DNA from: Limisphaerales bacterium
GTDB taxonomy: Bacteria > Verrucomicrobiota > Verrucomicrobiia > Limisphaerales > UBA11358
Reading direction: 5' to 3'
Assembly (NCBI GenBank): GCA_003161635.1
Contig: PMOA01000155.1
Location: forward strand, 23,768-87,767
DNA length: 64,000 bases
A program made the position numbers and the translations under genes. The notes beneath the pieces are model-generated. The model saw only the letters and a program-made list of their open reading frames with translations. It was not told the origin of the DNA and made no database searches. Shown here piece after piece: positions 54,278 through 62,264 of the stretch. Positions within the stretch are counted from its first letter, which is position 1, and each line of letters opens with the position of its first letter.

Positions 54278-57090
54278 TTCGCAGGCACATGGAACCGCAC
54301 GGTGGTGCCCTGTCCGGCTTCGCCCACAATTTCAAACCGCCCGCCCAGTTTTTCAATGCGCGAACGCATGTTGGCCACGCCGTCCATTTCCCCGGTGCGG
54401 GCGTTCAATGGCAGGCCGCGTCCGTTGTCGGCAATGGACAGCAGCAACTCCCCCGGTTCAACCTGAATGCCCAGGCGAACTTCGGTGGCGCCTGAATGGC
54501 GCACGATATTGGTAAGCGCTTCCTTGAAGGCCAGGAATAATTGGTGCCGATGCCGGGAGTCCACCACCTGGTCAGCCGGTCCGGTTGGGCCTTCGAGCCG
54601 CCAGGTGATGTTCGCCAATCCCAGGAAACGGTCCGCGTAAAGGCAGAAATAACTGACGAGCGAGGCCAGCGAGTCATGGGTGGGGTTCATGGCCCAGACG
54701 ATTTCGTCCAAGGCGGTGACCAGCTCCCGCGCTTTGCCACCCATCTGATCGAGATGCTGGTTTCGCTTCTCGTCGGGGGCGGACGCGGATTTCGCCCGGT
54801 CGGCCAGCATGCCGATTTCGGTGATACCCGAGCCGAGTTCATCGTGCAGGTCCTGGGCGATGCGGGCGCGTTCCTGTTCCATCGTGCGCTGATGTTCCAC
54901 GCGCTGACGGGTTTGAATTTGTGTTTCGAGTTCGGTGGTGCGCTCCTCGACCTGCCGGTGGAGTTGGGTGATCCACAACACCATGCCGGCCAGCACGCAC
55001 GCGAGCACGCCGACGATTACCAGCAGCTTTCGCAGCGTCCACCAGGACGGTTGCGCCAGCACCTTGATGTCCGAAGGCGAGTTGAGTAACAAGCCAAAGG
55101 AAGCGACGTCCTCGCCCAACGCCCGGTTCCCACCTTGCGCCGCGTACACGCCCGTCAATTCCAGTTGACTGCCAACGCGGAGCAACCGTGCGGATTCAGC
55201 CGGCGCATTCAATCGGGCCGGAAACCGCCATGGTCCGGCCTGCATTTCCAGCACCTGGTTCGTTTCGGTTTGTCTCACCCCGACCAGCAGCGCCTCAATC
55301 CGCACCCGGGTCGAGTCGTTGCCCGCCCGGACCAAATCGTCCGGTGACAACTTTTTTGCCTCCGGCAGAGCGGCCTGCCCGGTCTGGCGCGCCTCCGCCT
55401 CGCACAAAACCGGTGCGGCGCCGCTCAACTCCGGAAAGCCCACCACTTCCACCAGGTCGCCGGCCTTCAACCCCGGCGGCTGCCGGGTCAGGAACCGCAC
55501 GCCGTTGGTGCCATCCATCATGAAATATTTCGCGCCTTGCACGTAAACAATTTGTCCCGACACCTTCACCCGTTGAAGCGCGCTGGCTTGGGGATCAAAC
55601 AGCATCAGTTCCGCCGCCGTCTTGCCGGGGGTCGAAAACAAATCCGCCGGCGCGGGTTGATCCTCGGTGATGTCGTTGACGAACATCCGTATCTCTTCCC
55701 TTCTCACCTGGCCGGTCTCAACATCCCAGGAAACAAAAAGACATCCCCGCAGGCGGACCACGGCGTTGGCATAATGTTCCAGCATTTCTGGGATCATGCC
55801 GGGCACCCGAAAATCCACCGGCAGGGTACCACCCTGCGTGCGCAGCCGGATGGACGTCCACCCCAGCGGGCGATAAGACATGGATACGATGACCCCCTTT
55901 AACTCCACCCATTGATCGTCGAGGCTGCCATTCATCAACTGGTCCCAGGTCGGTTGGATGGGATCGGGCAGACTCCCCAAACCCAGGATGTTGACCTGGC
56001 GTGCCCGGACAATCGGGGCAAACGAACCTTTGTCCGTCTTGCCTTCCACTTCCAGATAAGAGCCGATTTGAGGCAGCTCGGAAATGATCGCCGAATCAAC
56101 GACCACATAAACCGCGCGCGTGGCATCCTGAACAATGAAGGCGGGACGGTTCGACACGACGCAGATGACCACGCCCTGGATTTTGACCGGGTAAGCGCTT
56201 TGGGCCTCCTCACGTTTCATCTGGTTGACGGCGGCGGCGCTCGTCAGCACGGGAAGCGTCTCCTTGTTCCCATTCGTAACGCTGAAGGCATCGTGATGAG
56301 CCGGAGTTTCAATAAACTCAATCTCCTTGCGACTCGGCACCAGGAGCACCCCGGGGACCTTCTGCCCGGTGGTGGTGAATGCGCTCTGGCAAAATCCCAT
56401 GGCGCGAATCCGGCGATTCAACAACGAGGCAGCGGACAAACCGGAGACGTCCCCGACCTCCACGCGCATGTGCCCGCCCATCGCGCTCAGTTCCATGTGC
56501 AGGCCGTCCGGCTGTTCACTCACCAGGGTCACCTCGCCTTCCACTTCCGCCCAGGGATCTTCATCTCCCTGAGACAACGGTTGACCAATGGCGATCCAGC
56601 GCAGGTCCGGGAACGCCCCGCGCCCGATCACTTCCAGCCGCAACGGCGATGCGCCACCGGCAACCAGGGATCCACCCGCGCCGATTCTGAAATCCGCGCC
56701 CCTCCGGGTGATGGTGCCGTTTCCCTCCAAACGCACCCGCTGTCCTGATTGCACGGGCTGGGTATGGAAATCCATTTCCAGCTCCGCGGTCCCGGACGTA
56801 TCATGCAGCACCAGTTTCCGCTGGGTTGGATTGGCCCACCAGACATTACCCTCCAGACGAATCGAGTATCGGGCGTTTGATCCCTGAGAACTCAAACGTC
56901 GCAACTGCGCAATATTGGGCACCGCGGGAGACGAAAGCCCCGCCGTCTCCTGGCCCGTCGCGGCAATTCCGGTCGCAACCAAAATGACCGTCAACGCCAG
57001 GCGGCAACGGCCCGCCGTCCGTCCCGAACGGGCAAAGGAAATGGCGTGCATGGAAACAGGGTAAATCATCGCCACGGCTTTTTGAACCAT
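54274..57090 (-). CDS. Sensor histidine kinase (HisKA_3/NarX-type) with ~650-aa extracytoplasmic N-terminal domain
   Basis: A single TM (LLVIVGVLACVLAGMVLWI) precedes RARIAQDLHDELGSGIT (H-box) and an HATPase_c (DNGRGL..GG). The start may be a few codons downstream. Confidence 0.85.
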   Translation of the reverse strand: MVQKAVAMIYPVSMHAISFARSGRTAGRCRLALTVILVATGIAATGQETAGLSSPAVPNIAQLRRLSSQGSNARYSIRLEGNVWWANPTQRKLVLHDTSGTAELEMDFHTQPVQSGQRVRLEGNGTITRRGADFRIGAGGSLVAGGASPLRLEVIGRGAFPDLRWIAIGQPLSQGDEDPWAEVEGEVTLVSEQPDGLHMELSAMGGHMRVEVGDVSGLSAASLLNRRIRAMGFCQSAFTTTGQKVPGVLLVPSRKEIEFIETPAHHDAFSVTNGNKETLPVLTSAAAVNQMKREEAQSAYPVKIQGVVICVVSNRPAFIVQDATRAVYVVVDSAIISELPQIGSYLEVEGKTDKGSFAPIVRARQVNILGLGSLPDPIQPTWDQLMNGSLDDQWVELKGVIVSMSYRPLGWTSIRLRTQGGTLPVDFRVPGMIPEMLEHYANAVVRLRGCLFVSWDVETGQVRREEIRMFVNDITEDQPAPADLFSTPGKTAAELMLFDPQASALQRVKVSGQIVYVQGAKYFMMDGTNGVRFLTRQPPGLKAGDLVEVVGFPELSGAAPVLCEAEARQTGQAALPEAKKLSPDDLVRAGNDSTRVRIEALLVGVRQTETNQVLEMQAGPWRFPARLNAPAESARLLRVGSQLELTGVYAAQGGNRALGEDVASFGLLLNSPSDIKVLAQPSWWTLRKLLVIVGVLACVLAGMVLWITQLHRQVEERTTELETQIQTRQRVEHQRTMEQERARIAQDLHDELGSGITEIGMLADRAKSASAPDEKRNQHLDQMGGKARELVTALDEIVWAMNPTHDSLASLVSYFCLYADRFLGLANITWRLEGPTGPADQVVDSRHRHQLFLAFKEALTNIVRHSGATEVRLGIQVEPGELLLSIADNGRGLPLNARTGEMDGVANMRSRIEKLGGRFEIVGEAGQGTTVRFHVPAK

Positions 57091-57156
57091 TAAAGGTTGT
57101 CACGGAGGAACCGGTTTCGGGCTGATGAAGTTCAACCGGTTTGTCCGGGGTTGGAA

Positions 57157-59766
57157 TTATTCCCGTTGAGCGTTTGCTTTGGCAATGGCAACCGCACTGT
57201 CACTGGTCGCGGGCGCGCTGGTGCGTGAATCGGCGCGGGCCACGACCTCCTCGTTCACCAGGATTGCCGCCCGCAATTGCGGCGCATTCCGGACCGGCCC
57301 CGAATATACCGGTGACCGGGCGGAAGGCTCGGTGCCGTCCGTGGTGTAATGGATTTTGTAGTCTGGCACCTTGGTTCCATCAGGTGAAGCTGCTGCGGAC
57401 AATATCCGGGTACGGTTCTTTTCATTCATCAAACAAATGGCATAAATCGCGCAGCGGGGTTTCGGGATGTCGCTGGCCACCAATACCGTGGCAGTTCCCG
57501 CTTCACTCATGATGGGATTGTCTCCGACCAGTTGCACCGGGCCGGTGGTCCCGAAGAAAACCGGCATCCGGGCGGCCGGAACGAGCGTGCCGGTCTTGTC
57601 TTTCAAGCTGGTATAGCAAAACGTCATGTCCTTGTCGCCCCCCGCAAAAGGCCGACCGCTCAAATCGAATTCCAGGGTCAACCCGCTGAGTTCGCCCGGG
57701 GTGCGACGTTCAAACCGCGTCACCTCGCGTCCGCCAATGTAACCGACGGCCTGCAACGTGCCCGGCTGGAAGCGGTCGGGTTTGAAGGTGAAGGGCGCGT
57801 GTTTCAGGTGGGTGGACACGCGCGAGGTGTCGGGGCGACGCCGTTCCACCAGCTTCCCGTTCAAATAAAGGGCCACTTCCTCGCAATTGCTGTAGACCCG
57901 CACCTCGAGGGGGGAGTCGGCCGTCCAGTAGTTGGCAATGTAAATCACGGGCCTCAGGGGATGGCCGGCAATCAGCTCGCCGGCATCGCGTTGACTGCGG
58001 AAAAACCAGTAGCTGAACTTGGGCAGCCGGAAGATGTCCATCACGCCGGACGATTCCAAATCCGGGGCGTAACCGCGATTGTAGTCGAACATGACCCAGA
58101 CACCGTCGGCGAACGCGGAAGTTTTCAGGTCGTCGTTGTGCGCTTCCTGAAAATTCAGGGCCTGTTGCAACAATCGGACCTCGCCGTCACCGCGCAACTG
58201 GCGGCTGCTGCGCGCGGCGGGTTGCAGGTCCTGCCATTGGTCCTGCGCGAAGCCGGCGCTTTGGGCGTAGTATTCCCAGTCGCCGTATTCGCTGACGAGA
58301 CAGGGCCGGTTGGTGATTCCGCGGCAGCCGCCATGCTGGCGCGCCTGGATGAAAACATCATAGCCTTTCTCCCAGCTGGCGGTATAGCACTGGTCGCCGG
58401 GATATTCCTCGTGGGCAATGGCGTTGGCGCGTTCAATAAACGATTGGGGCATGTCGCTCTCGTTCAAGGAAACTTCCCACAGGATCACACTGGGATGGTT
58501 GCGGTCGCGGCGGATGAGCTGGCGGCATTCCTGGAATTTTTGCCCGGCAAAAGCCGGATCCGGGTTGAAATACTGCCAGCCAAGGATGCTGTCCATGACG
58601 ACCAGTCCCAACTCGTCGCACGCGTCGAGAAACGCGGGTGATTGCGGGTAGTGCGACAGGCGAACGTAATCGAAGCCGGCCTCCTTGATTTTTAAAGCGT
58701 CACGATACTGCGCGTCGTCGGGCACCGCGTTGCCAAGGTAAGGATATTCTTGGTGACGATTGCAGCCGCGCAGGAACATTTTTTCGTCGTTGATCCAGAA
58801 ACCGTCCCTGGTGATTCGAATCCGCCGGATGCCGATGCGGGTTTGTTCCGCATCGGTAACCTCGCCTTTGGCAACCAACTCCGAGCGTACTTGATAAAGA
58901 TAGGGCGATTGCGGCGACCAGAGTTCAGGGTTGGCAACGGAAATTTCCTGGGTGATTTCCCGCTCTGCGCCCGCGGCAAGTTCAACCGCAGCGGATTCAA
59001 CGGACGAAACTCTTTTCCCTTTGGCGTTCAACAAAATGGTTTTGACAACGAACGTGCGCGGAATGGCATCTTGGTTTTGAACATGGGTTTTCACGCTGAT
59101 GACCGCCTGTGTTTTGGTCACGACCGGAAAGGTCACGAACACGCCACCGCTCGCAATCTTGTCCGCGAGGGTGGGATCGGTGATGTACAACTTGTCTTTG
59201 ATAACCAGATGCGCGTCGCGGTAGAGGCCGCCGTAGAGGTTGAAATCCAAGTCAGCCAGTGGCTTGGGGCCGGTGACGGGGTTGTCGCGATTGTCCAGGC
59301 GGACCGAGATGACGTTCTTTTCACCGAGCCGGGCGAACTTTGAAATATCCATGACGTAGGGCAGATAACCGCCCATGAATTTCCCGGCGGATTGGCCGTT
59401 GACCCAGACTTCCGCCGCGTTCATCGCCCCGTCGAACCGGAGGATGATTTCCTTGTCGCGGGCTTCCGCTGCCAGGTCAAACATTTTCCGGTACCAACAA
59501 ATGCCCTGCCACTGGCGTGCGCCCTGGCCGGTCACCAACGGTTCGGTGTGGGCGGTGTGCGGCAGGGTCACCGTCTCCCACGCCCGATCGTCAAATTCCG
59601 GCGTCTGCGCCTGTGGCATCTCGGCCCGGACAAACCGCCACTGGCTGTCAAAAGGAACCGCCAGCGGTTCCGCCGCGGTTGCCCACCATGCGCCCAAAAG
59701 CAGCATCGCCAAAAATACCCCCGGTTTGGCGTGTATGCTCAATCGGTTTGTCCTTCCAAATTCCAT
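57157..59766 (-). CDS. GH2 beta-galactosidase with C-terminal chitobiase/FN3-associated-like domain
   Basis: Signal peptide and GH2 sugar-binding/TIM blocks (WVNGQSAGKFMGGYLPY, NHPSVILWEVSLNES, EYGDWEY). C-terminal HYTTDGTEPS motif. Confidence 0.85.
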   Translation of the reverse strand: MEFGRTNRLSIHAKPGVFLAMLLLGAWWATAAEPLAVPFDSQWRFVRAEMPQAQTPEFDDRAWETVTLPHTAHTEPLVTGQGARQWQGICWYRKMFDLAAEARDKEIILRFDGAMNAAEVWVNGQSAGKFMGGYLPYVMDISKFARLGEKNVISVRLDNRDNPVTGPKPLADLDFNLYGGLYRDAHLVIKDKLYITDPTLADKIASGGVFVTFPVVTKTQAVISVKTHVQNQDAIPRTFVVKTILLNAKGKRVSSVESAAVELAAGAEREITQEISVANPELWSPQSPYLYQVRSELVAKGEVTDAEQTRIGIRRIRITRDGFWINDEKMFLRGCNRHQEYPYLGNAVPDDAQYRDALKIKEAGFDYVRLSHYPQSPAFLDACDELGLVVMDSILGWQYFNPDPAFAGQKFQECRQLIRRDRNHPSVILWEVSLNESDMPQSFIERANAIAHEEYPGDQCYTASWEKGYDVFIQARQHGGCRGITNRPCLVSEYGDWEYYAQSAGFAQDQWQDLQPAARSSRQLRGDGEVRLLQQALNFQEAHNDDLKTSAFADGVWVMFDYNRGYAPDLESSGVMDIFRLPKFSYWFFRSQRDAGELIAGHPLRPVIYIANYWTADSPLEVRVYSNCEEVALYLNGKLVERRRPDTSRVSTHLKHAPFTFKPDRFQPGTLQAVGYIGGREVTRFERRTPGELSGLTLEFDLSGRPFAGGDKDMTFCYTSLKDKTGTLVPAARMPVFFGTTGPVQLVGDNPIMSEAGTATVLVASDIPKPRCAIYAICLMNEKNRTRILSAAASPDGTKVPDYKIHYTTDGTEPSARSPVYSGPVRNAPQLRAAILVNEEVVARADSRTSAPATSDSAVAIAKANAQRE

Positions 59767-59793
59767 GGGTCAAAGCTTGCGAACCTAAAGGCA

Positions 59794-61155
59794 TCAGTTC
59801 GACTGCAAACGGTAAAAGCGGCTTTGGCTGGAATCCAGCGGCCGGGTGACGGTAAACACCGCTCCTGTGTTCTGGATCGGATCGGGCACCAACGACCATG
59901 CTGTCGAAGGCGCCAAAGTGGTTGTCGTCATCAACTTCGAAGCAGCTCCACTGAATGGCCACTGTAGCTGCAGATTTGAGCCATTGAGGGAGGTTCCTAT
60001 CAAGAGTGGGGCAGCCATTCCACCAACGGCGTCGGCCACTGGCAGAACATTGCCACCGGTATCAAAAAACGACGCCGTATTGAAACCGGCTTCATTGACG
60101 CCGTTGGCCGCTTGATATTCTGCTCCCCAATAGAAGACGCCAGCCCCGAGTTGGTTGGTCACACTTTTCACGACCTTGGCCAGCGCCGCGATGAAGCTGA
60201 CCTGACCGGCTCTGGTGGGCGGGTAGCCGTAAAGACTCCCAAAGTTCGTCCAAGAGGTGGGGAAGGTGTTGGTCCAAGGAAAAGCGGTTTCTGCGACAAT
60301 TATAGGTTTGCCGTAACGAACAGCAGCGTTGCTAAGGCAGATGTTCAGACTCGTCGGTGAGCCGTGCCACCACGGGTAATAACTCTCGCCGATGATATCG
60401 TAAGGAACTCCTTGAAAGTTCAGGTTGTCAAAAAACCACATGGTCGTGGCCCAATCTCCACCACGGTCAATATGGACAATGATTGTGGGCATTTTAGCGC
60501 CCGTAGCGTTCGTAGCGTCCTTGATTCCCTGGATTGCAGCATTCATCAATTGGCCAAGTTGTGACCATGACGTGTTTTGGCTTCCGCTGACCTGTCCATC
60601 CGGAAACAACATGCCTTGGGGGATTTCATTTCCAACCTGGACGTAATCCGGCATCGCCCCTGCGGCTGCGAAGGCAGCGATGTTGTTGCTGTTGTAGGTG
60701 CGCATCTGCTGGACAAGTTGGGGAAAGGTCAGGCTTGCCCAAGCGGCGGGCTTGGCTTGATCGTTAGGGTCGGCCCAAGTGTCGGAGTAATGAAAATCCA
60801 GGCAGAAGAGCAGGCCGGCATTCTTGACTCGCACTGCCAGCGGCACAGTGTAAGTGAGATTGTTTGTGTAATTGTAGGCGTTCGCTTGAGCTTGGGCTGC
60901 GCTGCTGGTCCAGAGCCGCAGTCTTATGCAATTGATGCCATGGTCCTTGAGAATCTGAAACCCGTCCTTAACCTGTCCGCCGTCCTTGTAAACCTTGCCC
61001 CGGCTTTCGAAAAAACTCAGGTCCGAAAAGTCCGCGCCGGCCACGAACGGAGCGGCGGGTGCCGCAAAAGCCGCCCCTAGCAACAAGCCGGCCAGAACAC
61101 CGGCCTTTTTTGTGCCGTTCATGAAGCCGGCAGGAACTAGATTTGCGAATTTCAT
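59794..61155 (-). CDS. GH53 arabinogalactan endo-beta-1,4-galactanase with C-terminal RFYR module
   Basis: ORF 59794..61218; the start is probably MKFANLV (61155). GADFSDLSFFESRG..ILKDHGINCIRLRLW and VQVGNEI are GH53 blocks. Confidence 0.85.
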   Translation of the reverse strand: MKFANLVPAGFMNGTKKAGVLAGLLLGAAFAAPAAPFVAGADFSDLSFFESRGKVYKDGGQVKDGFQILKDHGINCIRLRLWTSSAAQAQANAYNYTNNLTYTVPLAVRVKNAGLLFCLDFHYSDTWADPNDQAKPAAWASLTFPQLVQQMRTYNSNNIAAFAAAGAMPDYVQVGNEIPQGMLFPDGQVSGSQNTSWSQLGQLMNAAIQGIKDATNATGAKMPTIIVHIDRGGDWATTMWFFDNLNFQGVPYDIIGESYYPWWHGSPTSLNICLSNAAVRYGKPIIVAETAFPWTNTFPTSWTNFGSLYGYPPTRAGQVSFIAALAKVVKSVTNQLGAGVFYWGAEYQAANGVNEAGFNTASFFDTGGNVLPVADAVGGMAAPLLIGTSLNGSNLQLQWPFSGAASKLMTTTTLAPSTAWSLVPDPIQNTGAVFTVTRPLDSSQSRFYRLQSN

Positions 61156-61285
61156 GCCCATGCGACTGCTTACAACCAGACCCAACTCCACCAAATCAAA
61201 GCCGGAACTGTTCTGCAATCTTCAAACAGTCCCGGCTTCCTAACGGTCGCCATCGATCCGGACGGCGGTTTTTATTTATAATGAT

Positions 61286-62062
61286 TCAAGCTGCACGATT
61301 TCCCGAGACGCGGCGTCGCTGCGCCAGCAGGAGGATTACCCCTCCGCTCAACAGCGCCAACGTGGTGGGTTCGGGAACGGCTACGGTGTAGATGGTCGAA
61401 CTGAAGGTCGAACCGGTGGCTGTAGCAGAGTCATAAAATGTTGCAACGGTCGGATTCCAAGGAGTATAGGAACCATCTGTCTCCGCTGGAGTAGTCGCAG
61501 TATCCAATGCCCCATAAGCAGATTGCGGGCTACCATTTTGCCAGCCAGTGAACGTTGACACAACGTCGAAGTTGAAACTGTTGCCGACACTCAAACCGAG
61601 GCTACTTAACGGTACCGTCATTGTGACGTAATTAAATGTAGGGCCACCACCAGTAACGGCCCCCCCTGCGTTCTGCGTCCAAATACCACCACCATATGTG
61701 TATGCACCGAAAGTTCCAGCATTGTCATTAAGCACGGCGGTTTCACCGGTACTGATGCCAAGTGTGGGGCTGCCAGCCCAGATAGGGTTAGATAATACTG
61801 TATATCCGCCCGCGCCATTCTGAATGTCGATCGCAAAAAATACGTATGCACTCTGGATCGCGCTCGAATTGATGGTGAAAGTGATATCGCTCGCGGTGTT
61901 GTTGACCACAACGCTGCTAATACCTGCTCCATCCGTAACGGCGGCACCGCCGTTAGAGAAGCCGGAGCCAGTATAAGTGACCTGAGCTTTCGCAGGCAAA
62001 ATGGCCAATGCCAAGGCGGCGAGGACTGAAGTGACTGAGATAATGATTTTCATGGGTTTCAT
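61286..62062 (-). CDS. PEP-CTERM-anchored secreted protein, Thr/Gly/Ser-rich beta-type, function unknown
   Basis: Signal peptide. The C-terminus VAVPEPTTLALLSGGVILLLAQRRR is a PEP motif + TM + basic cluster. Confidence 0.75.
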   Translation of the reverse strand: MKPMKIIISVTSVLAALALAILPAKAQVTYTGSGFSNGGAAVTDGAGISSVVVNNTASDITFTINSSAIQSAYVFFAIDIQNGAGGYTVLSNPIWAGSPTLGISTGETAVLNDNAGTFGAYTYGGGIWTQNAGGAVTGGGPTFNYVTMTVPLSSLGLSVGNSFNFDVVSTFTGWQNGSPQSAYGALDTATTPAETDGSYTPWNPTVATFYDSATATGSTFSSTIYTVAVPEPTTLALLSGGVILLLAQRRRVSGNRAA

Positions 62063-62125
62063 AGCTTGTTATTACGGTGTTATTATGGGTTTCTACTAGT
62101 TGCTGAATTATCGCTGATTTATTGG

Positions 62126-62136
62126 ATTTTGCCTAG
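62126..62136 (-). promoter_or_regulatory. Shared upstream motif CTAGGCAAAAT, 63 nt before the PEP-CTERM gene start
   Basis: See 53474..53484. Confidence 0.3.
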
Positions 62137-62154
62137 CCTGACAAACGTCAGGCT
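62135..62154 (-). terminator. Short hairpin between GH53-2 and the PEP-CTERM gene
   Basis: agcctgac-aaac-gtcaggct (8-bp stem) with a weak T-tail. Confidence 0.3.
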
Positions 62155-62264
62155 CGGGAAAATCCCTTTAAAATCAGTAAAAAGCCGCGGCGTTGCCAAA
62201 ATATTGCCATTGGATGACTGACTTGGCGTGCGTTTCAACCGCAGATTGATGGTATTCACGGATA

